Part shown: positions 1 through 10,111 of the stretch, one piece after another
Layout: each line of letters begins with the position of its first letter
Numbering within the stretch: position 1 is the stretch's first letter
DNA from: a candidate division WOR-3 bacterium
GTDB lineage: Bacteria; Hydrothermota; Tepidihabitantia; SM23-42; JAOAFX01
Direction: 5' to 3'
DNA: 64,000 nucleotides
Assembly (NCBI GenBank): GCA_037444665.1
Contig: JBBILZ010000004.1
Location: 1-64,000 of the forward strand
The notes under the pieces: model-generated
What the model saw: the letters and a program-made list of their open reading frames with translations, nothing else
Database searches by the model: none
Told to the model about the DNA's origin: nothing
Translations under genes and position numbers: made by a program

Positions 1-20
1 GGTCTTTTACCATTACAAAA

Positions 21-48
21 ATTATATACAAAATCACTTTGGTGTCAA
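21..48 (-). promoter_or_regulatory. sigma70-type promoter for a gene running off the left edge of the window
   Basis: Minus strand TTGACA(48-43)-16 nt-TATAAT(26-21), then ATG GTA AAA GAC starting at 13, 7 nt downstream. Confidence 0.6.
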
Positions 49-67
49 TAATTTTTAGCAAACGTTA

Positions 68-1354
68 ACACACATCCTTACCAGTTTAAAAATGATCTTA
101 AGAAGCTACTTGAAATAATGGGCCTCCCTGGTTATATTAAAGAGCTAATAAGGTTTTCTAAAACAAGAGAGGCCCTATGGTTTTAAGTGATAATTATATT
201 ATATGCTTTACATTAGAAAAAGCAAGAAAAAAAATGGGAGGCAAGTATGGTTTCCATAGAATATCGTGAGTTAGTAAGGTTAGACGTAGTACTTGCGCGT
301 AAAAAGCTGGTGGAAATTTATTACCATCACGCTAACCGCAACATTTCTGAAACAGCACGGCGATGCGGACTTTCCCGTAACACCGTCCGTAAGTGGCTGA
401 GCCGGTTTTTTACCGCCGGTGAACCAGCCCTTAAAAATTACCCCCGACGACCACATCACATGCCTCGTAAGACCCCAGAGGAAGTGGAAATGCTGGTGGT
501 TAGCATCCGTAAAGCCACCAATTATGGTTCACGCCGGATTGCCAAAACACTACGCCGAAAACAGGGTATTGTGCTTTCTTACGGCACGGTGCAAAAAATT
601 CTCAAGCGACGTAATGAATATAAACCCCGAAAAAAAACCACCATTCGCAAAACCGGACGTCGCTACTATAACCCCTTAGATTTTGCACCATTTGAGTTTA
701 TCCAGGCGGATGTGAAAGTGGTAGTGGATGGAGACACCCTACCTGAAGAAACTTATCTTCACTTCAAAGAGTTGCTGAAAAAGGGGGTGCCTTTGTATCA
801 ATTCACCGCCATTGATATCCGCACAAGAATAAGATTTCTTGCTTATGGTCAACAGAAAAGTTTTAGCAATGGTTGGGCATTTATTGTTTTGGTCATTTTA
901 TGGATACGCGCTTTTGATGTTAAAGTTAAAATTACGATTCAGACCGATTGGGGCGATGAGTGGGGCGGTGATGAGGGCAAGAAGATTGCCTGGATGAATC
1001 AACAGTTGGCGCCCCTGGGTGCTGAAATTACCCGCATCCATAAAGGTCGTAAAGAAGAAAATGGCCATGTTGAACGGAGCCACAGGACCGACGACGAAGA
1101 AATTTATATTCCCTATGGCCTGGAAATTAAAGACACTAACTCCCTGTTTTTAATGGCATATAGTTGGCTTAGATATTACAACACCAACAGAACACATTCC
1201 GGGGATAACCTTGACAACAAGACTCCGCTTGCATATGCTAAAGAGATTATGCCGAACCTCAACGAAAATATTGCCCTATTCCCACCAGTAATTTTAGATA
1301 ACCTCAGTAGTAATTCTTACTGGAAAGGTGGTAAGGATGTGTGTGCGCATTACA
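68..1354 (+). mobile_element. IS481-like insertion sequence (left end appears eroded)
   Basis: 16-bp perfect inverted repeat acacacatccttacca (68-83) / tggtaaggatgtgtgt (1329-1344). Right end finishes ...gcgcattACA at 1354, typical of IS481 TGT..ACA ends. Encloses a DDE transposase. Confidence 0.7.
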
Positions 1355-1416
1355 AACTTTCAAAAAAACATCACCGAGTATTTCCTTCTATATTATTAAA
1401 TCCATCTTTGACGTAG
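247..1416 (+). CDS. IS481-family DDE transposase (HTH plus integrase core)
   Basis: N-terminal HTH (NISETARRCGLSRNTVRKW); DDE motifs QADVK, IQTDWG, ENGHVERSHRT; YYNTNRTH; RBS gggagg upstream. Confidence 0.9.
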   Translation: MVSIEYRELVRLDVVLARKKLVEIYYHHANRNISETARRCGLSRNTVRKWLSRFFTAGEPALKNYPRRPHHMPRKTPEEVEMLVVSIRKATNYGSRRIAKTLRRKQGIVLSYGTVQKILKRRNEYKPRKKTTIRKTGRRYYNPLDFAPFEFIQADVKVVVDGDTLPEETYLHFKELLKKGVPLYQFTAIDIRTRIRFLAYGQQKSFSNGWAFIVLVILWIRAFDVKVKITIQTDWGDEWGGDEGKKIAWMNQQLAPLGAEITRIHKGRKEENGHVERSHRTDDEEIYIPYGLEIKDTNSLFLMAYSWLRYYNTNRTHSGDNLDNKTPLAYAKEIMPNLNENIALFPPVILDNLSSNSYWKGGKDVCAHYKLSKKHHRVFPSILLNPSLT

Positions 1417-1624
1417 TTCTATTTTATGTTGTGAAATATAACCGTCTTTCTTTCTAAAACAGATAACTCATTTTTCAATCATTCCACAATTGCAAAATTG
1501 TAAAATTATCAAATAAATAATTAACCTACAAAATGCTACACTTTGCTGGCAGAACAAAAAAATTTTATCACTGCGATGTCAAAGAATCAGACTTGTGAAG
1601 TGTGAAGATTTAACACAAGCTCGT

Positions 1625-3052
1625 TTATTTGACCTTCACGACGCTGAACGGCACTGCATTTGCGGTGTGGGAAATGCAAAAATACACTCCAGCTGGCAGA
1701 TCCAGGCCAATACAATCTCCCTTATATACACCACTCTTCTTGCCGGCAACATCATATACTGTGAATGTTTCATTTTCATGACCCAAAACGGTCGTGAAGA
1801 AAATAAACGGATTTGGCTTTGCTATTATGGTTACAGAGGTTTTATTTTTTTCGCCGCCATATTCTCTTGTCCCGGTATTTCCCGTGGGATTGCGCTTGTA
1901 GTATACTTCCCGGTTCCCGTCGCGTTCGTCAGTCCAGACAACGTGCACCACATTCCCTGCGTTTGTAACCGAAGCGTAGAAAGAAGCCGAAGGATCCAAG
2001 GTCAAAGCAGTATCCGGACTCCAGGTTGTGCCGTTATCCATTGATCCTTTGTAGTAAATTTCGTAGTTTCCGTCTCTCTGGTCAAACCAGACAACATGCA
2101 GGTTCTGACCTGACGCAGTTATTGAAGCTCGGTTGGATTCAGCCGGATCATTGGTCAACCTGATATCTGCACTCCAGCTGACCCCACAGTCTGTGGAACG
2201 TTTGTAGTATACTTCGTAGTTGCCGTCCCTATTATCATACCATACAACATGGACGTTCATGCCTGAAGCCGCTATTGAGGGCATATAGGACGAGGCGGGA
2301 TTGTTGTCAAGGTTTGTTTCCGGGCTCCAGGTCATGCCGTTGTTGGTTGAACGTTTGTAATAAATGTCGGCACTGCCAGAACCGAGATCATACCAGACAA
2401 TATGAACAAGTGAATCTACAGCAGCCACTGATGGAGGCCCTGTCATTCTTGGATAAGAGGTCAACCGTTGCTCCGGCTCCCAGGTAGCACCTCCATCTGT
2501 CGACCGGGTGTAGAAAATATCCCAGTTGAAACGGCTCCCATCCCATTTGTAATCGTGCCATACGACATGTATGTTTTGACCCGAGGCAGCGGCTGATGGC
2601 CAGGAATCTGCCTCAACCATATGGTCGTCTGTTGTCAGACGTTTGTCCGAAAACCAGGTTGTTCCTCCATCTGTGGAACGCTTATAAAAAATTTCGTCAT
2701 CGCCATTGCGTATATAGTCACACCAAACAATGTGAACCGTTTGTGGCGGCGATATTGCAAGCGAAACAATCGGGGCACCTGGATAGTATGCAGCAGTGTC
2801 GATCAGCTTAATTTCTGGTCCCCAGGATACACCGTTATCCATGGACCTTCGGTAGTATATCTTGTCGCCTCCGTCCCGATAGTCAAACCACACGACATGG
2901 ACAACACTATCTTGAGCCGCCACGCACCAGCCGCTGTTCGCCGAAGTTTGAGATACGCTGCCGTCATAAGTGAGCCGCCTATCCGGCTCCCATTGAGCAA
3001 AAAGCAGGACTAAGCCCAAGCACTGTAAAACGATTATGTATCTTATCAGCAT
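1625..3052 (-). CDS. secreted BNR/sialidase-like repeat protein with T9SS-like C-terminal domain
   Basis: Signal peptide; repeated HVVWxD..IYYKRSTDxGxTW (Asp-box) units; C-terminal VYDVAGK..LPAGVYF. Start placed at ATG 3052 after a GGAGG RBS. Confidence 0.8.
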   Translation of the reverse strand: MLIRYIIVLQCLGLVLLFAQWEPDRRLTYDGSVSQTSANSGWCVAAQDSVVHVVWFDYRDGGDKIYYRRSMDNGVSWGPEIKLIDTAAYYPGAPIVSLAISPPQTVHIVWCDYIRNGDDEIFYKRSTDGGTTWFSDKRLTTDDHMVEADSWPSAAASGQNIHVVWHDYKWDGSRFNWDIFYTRSTDGGATWEPEQRLTSYPRMTGPPSVAAVDSLVHIVWYDLGSGSADIYYKRSTNNGMTWSPETNLDNNPASSYMPSIAASGMNVHVVWYDNRDGNYEVYYKRSTDCGVSWSADIRLTNDPAESNRASITASGQNLHVVWFDQRDGNYEIYYKGSMDNGTTWSPDTALTLDPSASFYASVTNAGNVVHVVWTDERDGNREVYYKRNPTGNTGTREYGGEKNKTSVTIIAKPNPFIFFTTVLGHENETFTVYDVAGKKSGVYKGDCIGLDLPAGVYFCISHTANAVPFSVVKVK

Positions 3053-3192
3053 ATTGCCTCCCATGGTTGTTCTATTCAATGCTAAAATTCCACGAACAAC
3101 CTATTAATAATACTTCACTAAAAGTTGTCTGTCAAGACCTCATTGTTTAAGATGGTTGACTGTGATTATAAAAATTATATAATTATTATAGA

Positions 3193-3561
3193 ATGTTTCA
3201 ATCATTAAATGAATTTAAATTCGTTGCTGAAACAGGTAAAAGTTATATAATATATTTTTTGAAATTCTGGCAGATTGATAACGATTACATTATAAAATAC
3301 CAGATCAGGGCACCTGACCGAGATTTTTTCTGGTTTGGCAGAATCTCAAAGGAACGAGCATTGATTGACTTGAAGATTAGTTCAGAAACCGCCCGAACAA
3401 TGAAAAAAGATGAACTGGAACAGAAAATAAAAGAACATCTAATGATTTTATTCACATCCGTATTGAAAAAAGGACTGGATAAAGGATTTGAAGAACCAGA
3501 TACCGAATTTGTATTTTATAAAGAACCATTTGTTACAAAGCGAATATGGAAAGAAAAATAG
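3193..3561 (+). CDS. hypothetical protein
   Basis: 122-aa ORF preceded by TTGACT-16-TATAAT (3156-3183). Confidence 0.6.
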   Translation: MFQSLNEFKFVAETGKSYIIYFLKFWQIDNDYIIKYQIRAPDRDFFWFGRISKERALIDLKISSETARTMKKDELEQKIKEHLMILFTSVLKKGLDKGFEEPDTEFVFYKEPFVTKRIWKEK

Positions 3562-3601
3562 AGCGGTCATACGGTTAAATAATAAACATATAGTCCTGTG
3601 C

Positions 3602-3629
3602 TTGCATTCAGCAGAATAATGGATATAAT
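3602..3629 (+). promoter_or_regulatory. sigma70-type promoter of polA (probably leaderless mRNA)
   Basis: TTGCAT(3602-3607)-16-TATAAT(3624-3629); GTG start 5 nt later; no SD. Confidence 0.6.
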
Positions 3630-3634
3630 TTAAT

Positions 3635-6073
3635 GTGAAAAAATTTTTACTCCTTGATGGTCACTCTTTAATATTCCGTGCCTATTTTGCCTTCATAAAA
3701 AATCCTTTAAAGAACTCAAAAGGTCAGAACACATCTGGAATCTTTGGTTTTTTAAATACATTCAAGCGGATTAAAGCAAGATTTGCCAGCGATTATATCT
3801 GCCTTGTTTTTGATGCACCAGGTGAGACATTCAGGGATAGATTATTTAAAGAGTATAAGGCAACGCGACCACCCGCGCCAAAAGACATTCCATTTCAGAT
3901 AGAAAAAACAAAAGAACTCGCAAATTTTTTGGGTATAAAAATTTATGAGATTCCCGGATATGAAGCAGACGATGTGCTTGCTACACTTGCCAAAAGGTTG
4001 CAGGATTATGGAGAAGTCTATATTGTTACCTCAGATAAAGACCTTTTGCAACTTATTACTAAGAATATTTTTATTTATGATGCCTTTAATGATATAATCT
4101 ACGATGAAAATCGTGTTCAAGAAAAATTTGGTATTCCACCCACACAAATAGGTGATTATCTTGCCCTGTGCGGTGATACAATTGATAATGTCCCAGGTGT
4201 TCCAGGTATTGGTCCGCAAAGGGCAAGAGACATATTAAAAAAATATTCCAGCCTTCAGGAAGCAATGGAAAAAGAACCGAGACTCATTGAACATCGCGAT
4301 ATTCTGCTCTTATCAAAGAGACTTGTAGCACTTGAAACTGATGTTCCTGTTAATCTTGGCTCAGAAGATTTGATGGCAAAGGAACCAGATTCAACTAAAC
4401 TTCTTAAAATACTTTCCGAACTTGAGTTCCATTCCTTAATCAAGGATTTTGCAGAACAGACCAATTCAGAAATAGTCATCAAAGACATACAACCTTCTAA
4501 AGAACAAATAAAGAATCTGATTGGTGTCTGTTTAAAAGATGACCAATTATTTATCAGCATAAAAGAAGGTGAAGTATCTATCACAAAATTAACTGAATCC
4601 ATAAAGATTTTATCCGACCCACAAATAACAAAGATAGGCTACGACCTTAAAGATACTATAAAAATTACTCCTATAAATTCACCCATATTTGATATAAAAA
4701 TATGCTCCTGGCTCATTGACCCCAATATAAAAAAGGATGGCTTTGATGATATCTGTTTAAAATATCTGAATCAATATGTTGAAATTAAACCCGAGATAAT
4801 CGCGCCAATGTCACTTAAATTATATTCCATATTAAAGAGTAAACTTGAAGAAATTGATGAGTGGGAATTATATAACAAGATTGAAGAACCATTGCTCTTT
4901 GTGCTTGCGCAGATGGAAAAAAGAGGTGTTGGTATTGATGTACCATTTTTGAAGCAGTTTAAAACACAACTTGAGAAAAGAATGGATAGCCTAATAAATG
5001 AATGCCACAAAATAGCCGGAACTATCTTCAACATTAATTCACCAAAACAACTTGCCCAAATTTTATTTGATCGTTTAAAACTGCCGCCTGTAAAAAAAGG
5101 TAAATCTCATTATTCTACTGACTTTGAAGTATTACAACAATTGAGTTCAAAACATGAACTGCCTCGTAAAATTGTTGAATACCGTGAACTCTCTAAAATA
5201 TTAAGCACGTATATTGAACCATTGATAACCCTTGCCAAGAATAACCGAATCCACACCACCTTTAATCAAACCGGCACTACTACTGGAAGATTATCATCAA
5301 ATAATCCTAATATCCAGAACATACCCATCAGGAGCAGTTTGGGAAATGAATTAAGAAAGGCATTTATTGCCCAGAATGGATTCTTACTCATTTCTGCTGA
5401 CTATTCACAGATTGAATTGAGAATCCTCGCCCATATTACAAAAGATAAAAATCTGATTGAAGCATTTAGAGCACAGCGTGATATACACAATCATACTGCT
5501 TCATTGATATTTAACAAATCTGAAGAAAGTGTCAGTGAGCAGGAAAGACGCATTGCCAAAGTGGTAAATTATGGCTTGATTTATGGTATGAGCGACTATG
5601 GCCTTGCCCAGGAACTTGGTATTTCCCGGGAGCAAGCAAATCAATTTATTCAAAGTTATTATACCCTGTATCCAGGTGTTGAAGATTGGCGTGCACGGGC
5701 GATTGCAAATGTTGAAGACAAAGGATATGCAGAAACAATCTTTGGCAGAAAAAGGTCCATTCCTGAAATAAAATCAGAAAATTATAATCTAAGAGAAGCA
5801 GCAAAAAGATTAGCCATTAATACACCAATTCAAGGGACTGCTGCAGACCTGATAAAACTTGCAATGCTCTCCGCAGAAAAAAAACTAACTGAATTGAATT
5901 TCAAAAGTGGTCTATTATTATCCATCCATGATGAATTATTATTTGAGATTGAAAAAGAACGGATTGATGAGGCAAAGGAAATAATCAAAGAGTCAATGGA
6001 GCAGGTCTGTGAATTTGAAATCCCCATTATAGTTGATATCAATATTGGGAAAAACTGGGCAGAGGCACATTGA
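3635..6073 (+). CDS. polA: DNA polymerase I (compact; 3'-5' exonuclease domain degenerate)
   Basis: 5' nuclease LLLDGHSLIFRAYFA and GYEADDV; polymerase motifs TTTGRLSSNNPNIQNIP, ADYSQIELR, AKVVNYGLIYG, IHDELLFE. Confidence 0.97.
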   Translation: MKKFLLLDGHSLIFRAYFAFIKNPLKNSKGQNTSGIFGFLNTFKRIKARFASDYICLVFDAPGETFRDRLFKEYKATRPPAPKDIPFQIEKTKELANFLGIKIYEIPGYEADDVLATLAKRLQDYGEVYIVTSDKDLLQLITKNIFIYDAFNDIIYDENRVQEKFGIPPTQIGDYLALCGDTIDNVPGVPGIGPQRARDILKKYSSLQEAMEKEPRLIEHRDILLLSKRLVALETDVPVNLGSEDLMAKEPDSTKLLKILSELEFHSLIKDFAEQTNSEIVIKDIQPSKEQIKNLIGVCLKDDQLFISIKEGEVSITKLTESIKILSDPQITKIGYDLKDTIKITPINSPIFDIKICSWLIDPNIKKDGFDDICLKYLNQYVEIKPEIIAPMSLKLYSILKSKLEEIDEWELYNKIEEPLLFVLAQMEKRGVGIDVPFLKQFKTQLEKRMDSLINECHKIAGTIFNINSPKQLAQILFDRLKLPPVKKGKSHYSTDFEVLQQLSSKHELPRKIVEYRELSKILSTYIEPLITLAKNNRIHTTFNQTGTTTGRLSSNNPNIQNIPIRSSLGNELRKAFIAQNGFLLISADYSQIELRILAHITKDKNLIEAFRAQRDIHNHTASLIFNKSEESVSEQERRIAKVVNYGLIYGMSDYGLAQELGISREQANQFIQSYYTLYPGVEDWRARAIANVEDKGYAETIFGRKRSIPEIKSENYNLREAAKRLAINTPIQGTAADLIKLAMLSAEKKLTELNFKSGLLLSIHDELLFEIEKERIDEAKEIIKESMEQVCEFEIPIIVDINIGKNWAEAH

Positions 6074-6096
6074 AATAATCTCATTGCTTACAGCAC

Positions 6097-6124
6097 TTGA
6101 TAAACTCCAAATTATAGATATAAT
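6097..6124 (+). promoter_or_regulatory. sigma70-type promoter (leaderless candidate)
   Basis: TTGATA(6097-6102)-16-TATAAT(6119-6124); ATG at 6130. Confidence 0.55.
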
Positions 6125-6129
6125 AGACT

Positions 6130-6327
6130 ATGATTACGCGAAAATCTAAAATTGAAGATATCCTGAGAGATTTTCCAGAAAAAACAGGTATATTTGTGCA
6201 AATGGGCATACCCTGCCTTGTGTGTGGTGAACCTTTTTGGGGAACAGTTGAAGAACTATGTGAACGATATAATGTAGATATTGACTTACTGCTCAAGAAA
6301 TTGAATAACAACGACAAAGGGGTTTGA
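6130..6327 (+). CDS. DUF1858-like small protein
   Basis: ITxxSKIEDILRDFPE..FVQMGIPCLVC..TVEELCERYNVDIDLLLKKLN pattern. Confidence 0.75.
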   Translation: MITRKSKIEDILRDFPEKTGIFVQMGIPCLVCGEPFWGTVEELCERYNVDIDLLLKKLNNNDKGV

Positions 6328-6329
6328 AT

Positions 6330-7187
6330 ATGAAAAAATGGCTCTATTGTCCAGTTTGTAAAAGTAATCTATCAAAAAAAGAATCAAGCTTTGTCTGTCT
6401 TAAATGCGGTTGGTCTTATTATAATAACCCATTACCTGCAGTAGCAGGATTTGTTATGAATGAAAAGAACGAAATAGCCCTGATAAAGAGGGGTGTTGAA
6501 CCAGGCAAAGGTTCCTGGGCATTGCCATCAGGCTTTATTGAATCCAATGAAACACCCGAACAGGCAGTCTTGCGAGAATTAAAAGAAGAAACAGGATTAG
6601 ATGGTAAAATTAGAAATTTCCTTGGAATCTATGTTGAACCCACAAAAATTTATGGCAATGTATTGATTATAGGTTATGAAATTGAATTGGTTGGAGGAAA
6701 AATAAGGCCGGATTCTGACACTACTGATGTGCGATTTTTCTCCAGCAATAAATTACCTAAAATTCCATTTCTGAGCCATCGTCAGGTCATTGCTCAAGGA
6801 CTCAAGAATAGATTCTCCAGTGCTATCTATCTTGAGGTTCTCAAATCAAAGATTACCGAAGCAACAATTACTGATACCATCCTTTTTTATAAAGGCAGTA
6901 TGGGCATAGATGCAAAGATTATGTCTAAAGCAAACATAAAACCTGGCGAAAAAGTGCAGGTCTTGAATTATGATAATGGTGAAAGGCTTGAGACCTATGT
7001 TATTGCTGAAAAACCAAATTCAAAGAAATTTATTCTTTACGGACCTGCCTCATTAAAAGGGAAAAAAGGACAGAGGCTCTGTATCCTTTCTTATGCATTT
7101 GTTCCTCAAAAAGAAGCAGAATCATTCAAACCAATAATTGTTGTCCTTGGTAAAAATAACACCATTGAAAGCATTAAAAAAGGATAA
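6330..7187 (+). CDS. fusion of Zn-ribbon Nudix hydrolase and aspartate 1-decarboxylase (PanD-like) domain
   Basis: N-terminal CPVC..CLKC ribbon and Nudix box GFIESNETPEQAVLRELKEETG. C-terminal LKSKI..YKGSMGID..NGERLETY..GPAS..LSYA matches the PanD fold with the Gly-Ser autocleavage site. Confidence 0.85.
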   Translation: MKKWLYCPVCKSNLSKKESSFVCLKCGWSYYNNPLPAVAGFVMNEKNEIALIKRGVEPGKGSWALPSGFIESNETPEQAVLRELKEETGLDGKIRNFLGIYVEPTKIYGNVLIIGYEIELVGGKIRPDSDTTDVRFFSSNKLPKIPFLSHRQVIAQGLKNRFSSAIYLEVLKSKITEATITDTILFYKGSMGIDAKIMSKANIKPGEKVQVLNYDNGERLETYVIAEKPNSKKFILYGPASLKGKKGQRLCILSYAFVPQKEAESFKPIIVVLGKNNTIESIKKG

Positions 7188-8109
7188 TTTACAAAATATT
7201 TATGGACCTGTGCCCTCACGCAGGCTTGGTTATTCACTGGGCATTGATTTAGTTCCATTTAAAACATGTTCCTATAATTGTATCTATTGCCAACTGGGCA
7301 GAACAACTTGCCAGACAGCAGAACGGAAAAAATATCTACCTGTCCAAAAAATTCTCAAAGATTTAAAAAAAATCTTAAAACAGAATATCCACATTGATTT
7401 CGTAACTCTTTCCGGTTCGGGTGAACCAACACTCAATTCTGAAATTGGTATGCTCATCAAAGCAATAAAAAAGATAACCGACATCCCGGTCGCAGTCATC
7501 ACAAATTCCTCACTCATATATAAAAAGGATCTCCAGCAAGCCCTATTAAATGCTGATGTTGTATTGCCCACTTTCACTACGGCAAATCCCGTAACATTTA
7601 AAATGATACACCGTCCAATCACACCGATAACATTGGAGAGAGTTGTGAAAGGACTTGTCAATTTTCGTAAAATATATAAAGGCCAAATATGGTTAGAGAT
7701 AATGTTGATTAAGAAATTTAATGATACAAAACAGGAATTAAAGTTATTAAAGAAAATAATCAATAAAATAAAACCTGATAGAATCCAGCTGAACACAGTG
7801 GTGCGACCACCAAGTGAAAAATATGCAGAACCTCTTTCATTATCACAGTTAAATAAAATTAAAACAATATTCGGTAAAAATTGCGAAGCAGTGGCAGAAT
7901 TTAAAAAACCATCTAATCTAATAAAATCAACAAACTGTGAAAAAAACATTTTAGCATATTTAAAAAGGAGACCCGGAACACTGAATGATTTACAAAAAGG
8001 GTTAAGTATAAATATTAATGAATTAATAAAAAATCTTGATAGACTTTTGATAACAAAAAAAATAAAAAAGAGAATACACGAAGGTAAAATTTTTTATGAA
8101 TCACATTGA
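7138..8109 (+). CDS. radical SAM protein (TYW1-like/COG0731 group); start uncertain (TTG 7138 or 7165)
   Basis: YGPVPSRRLGYSLGID, CSYNCIYC (CxxxCxxC), SGSGEPTL. Confidence 0.85.
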   Translation: MLSLVKITPLKALKKDNLQNIYGPVPSRRLGYSLGIDLVPFKTCSYNCIYCQLGRTTCQTAERKKYLPVQKILKDLKKILKQNIHIDFVTLSGSGEPTLNSEIGMLIKAIKKITDIPVAVITNSSLIYKKDLQQALLNADVVLPTFTTANPVTFKMIHRPITPITLERVVKGLVNFRKIYKGQIWLEIMLIKKFNDTKQELKLLKKIINKIKPDRIQLNTVVRPPSEKYAEPLSLSQLNKIKTIFGKNCEAVAEFKKPSNLIKSTNCEKNILAYLKRRPGTLNDLQKGLSININELIKNLDRLLITKKIKKRIHEGKIFYESH

Positions 8110-8623
8110 AATCATTGAACCGAAAGATTTATCAAAAGAAGAACTCCTTGATTTTATTCCTGACCTTGCCAAGAACTGGCTTGCCCATGATGGTCTCTGG
8201 TTTCTGTTTGTAGAAAAAAAGTATGGCATGGAATCGGCAATTGAGATTGATAGAGCCGCATGGGAAAAATTTACAGTTATTGAAGCAGAAAGAATTATGA
8301 AGCGCTTTAAAATAGCACCAAACAGTGGTATTCCAGCATTGATTCAAGCATTGAAATTCCGGCTCTATGCCTTTATCAATAAACAGGAAATTGTTGAAAT
8401 AACTGATAAGAGATGTGTATTAAGAATGAATAATTGCCGGGTTCAAGAAGCAAGAATTCGCAAAGGACTATCTAATTTTCCCTGTAAACCTGTTGGTATT
8501 GTTGAATATTCTTATTTTGCTAAAACGATAGATAGTCGGATAAAAACCCGCTGTATCTGTTGTCCACCAGACTCGCACCCTAAAGAATATTTTTGCGCCT
8601 GGGAATTTGTGCTGGAGGAATAA
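8096..8623 (+). CDS. DUF6125-like protein (V4R-like fold)
   Basis: KNWLAHDGLWF..CRVQEAR..FPCK..CICCPPD..FCAWEF. Confidence 0.7.
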   Translation: MNHIEIIEPKDLSKEELLDFIPDLAKNWLAHDGLWFLFVEKKYGMESAIEIDRAAWEKFTVIEAERIMKRFKIAPNSGIPALIQALKFRLYAFINKQEIVEITDKRCVLRMNNCRVQEARIRKGLSNFPCKPVGIVEYSYFAKTIDSRIKTRCICCPPDSHPKEYFCAWEFVLEE

Positions 8624-8626
8624 AAA

Positions 8627-9361
8627 TTATTTGTCCTTAATCTTTTCCAATAATCTTAATGCCTCAGGTTTATCTTTAATTACATAATCCGCTTCAAAAG
8701 TTGGACTTTTTATCTCCAGCGCCTTGTTCAGAAACCAGCGTGCTCTTTCATAATCTTTTTTCTTAATATAAACCTTAGCCATATCCACATAAAGGACAGT
8801 ATAATTTGAATCTATAGCAATTGCCCGATTCAAGTATTCTATTGACCTGTTCAAATTTCCACCCATTAATCCAGGTAGTTCGTAATAAAGCATTGCACCA
8901 GCATCCATTGCCCCCGTATGTTTTGGGTCAAGTTTTAATACAATATCTATCTCTTTTTTGATTTCAGGAACCAGACTGAGCGAATTTAAAACGCCTTTGG
9001 TCTGCCCGGTCCTGCCCAGATTTACCATATACCAGAAGTGTGCCCAGGCGCAATTTTTATCCAAAGATATTGCCTTTTTACCATATTCCATTCCCAGATT
9101 ATAATTTTTCAATTTCTCTTCTTTGTTTGTTGCATTATCACCAATAATATAATAAAGTTTGGACAGTTCATAATTTGCACGTAGATTATCGGGTTCATTT
9201 TTCACAATGTCAGACAATATCTCAAGGCTCTTTGCCAAATTATCTTTATTCAGATGCCTTGTTTCATAAAGTCCAATTGCCTGTTCTATAAGTCCATTTA
9301 CATCTCCGGCATTAACAAATGCAAGCCATATAAGAATAATTATGCATATTTTACCTCTCAT
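8627..9361 (-). CDS. exported tetratricopeptide repeat protein
   Basis: Signal peptide, TPR-like helical repeats, RBS ggagg. Confidence 0.75.
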   Translation of the reverse strand: MRGKICIIILIWLAFVNAGDVNGLIEQAIGLYETRHLNKDNLAKSLEILSDIVKNEPDNLRANYELSKLYYIIGDNATNKEEKLKNYNLGMEYGKKAISLDKNCAWAHFWYMVNLGRTGQTKGVLNSLSLVPEIKKEIDIVLKLDPKHTGAMDAGAMLYYELPGLMGGNLNRSIEYLNRAIAIDSNYTVLYVDMAKVYIKKKDYERARWFLNKALEIKSPTFEADYVIKDKPEALRLLEKIKDK

Positions 9362-9379
9362 AAAACCTCCTTTTTTGAT

Positions 9380-10111
9380 TCACCTGCTAATATTTTCTTT
9401 CTTCAACATCGTCGCGATTGTAAAATAATTTATAACTTTTTGTTGGAACCGCTCGTATCGGTATAAGAACAAAGGATTCTCTGAAATCTTGATTTTTAAT
9501 GTTGCAGGGTTATCAGTGATATAGATTGCTTCTTTTTTTATACTTAAATCATCGTTCCCATTACCACCAAAACCATATTTGTATCCAGCCTGTTTAACCA
9601 TTTGTAAAATTGTTTTATTTATTCTATTAAATGGGTAGGAAATAGAATCAATTGTGCCAAGATATTTTTCCAATATCTTTTTTGATTCAAATATTTCATA
9701 TTTCATTTCCTGTCTGCTCAATCTTGTGAGATTGCGATGGGTCATTGTATGTGAACCGAATAGAATTCCAGATTTCCTCATCTCTAAAATCTGTTGCCAG
9801 TTAAGATGGCGATTTCTTTTATTAAAAAGTGAAATATCCCATAGATTCTCTTTACCAATATAATCAACTATTAAAAATATAATTGCGGGGCAACGATATT
9901 TTTTTAAGACTGGGAATACAAAGTAATAAAGGTTTTCTTCACCATCATCAAAAGTTATGACAACGCCATCGCGGTTCTGTCCGGGCAAAACTATATCATA
10001 ACCATTTTTGTATATTATATTAATAAAAGAATCAATTTGCTCTGGTGTATTCCAGGTGCCGCAAAACTGAAAATGGTCTATTACCCTATGAAACTGTAGC
10101 GCCTTTACCAT
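9380..10111 (-). CDS. polysaccharide deacetylase (NodB/CE4)
   Basis: ITFDDG, FGSHTMTH and SYPF motifs; start placed at ATG 10111. Confidence 0.85.
   Translation of the reverse strand: MVKALQFHRVIDHFQFCGTWNTPEQIDSFINIIYKNGYDIVLPGQNRDGVVITFDDGEENLYYFVFPVLKKYRCPAIIFLIVDYIGKENLWDISLFNKRNRHLNWQQILEMRKSGILFGSHTMTHRNLTRLSRQEMKYEIFESKKILEKYLGTIDSISYPFNRINKTILQMVKQAGYKYGFGGNGNDDLSIKKEAIYITDNPATLKIKISENPLFLYRYERFQQKVINYFTIATMLKKENISR

Noticed and set aside
3635..6073. Short PolA as a novelty
   Set aside because: Loss of 3'-5' exonuclease motifs is common among bacterial Pol I enzymes
7284..7949. 221-aa antisense ORF and other overlapping opposite-strand ORFs in the track
   Set aside because: Shadow frames of well-supported genes, with no motifs or RBS
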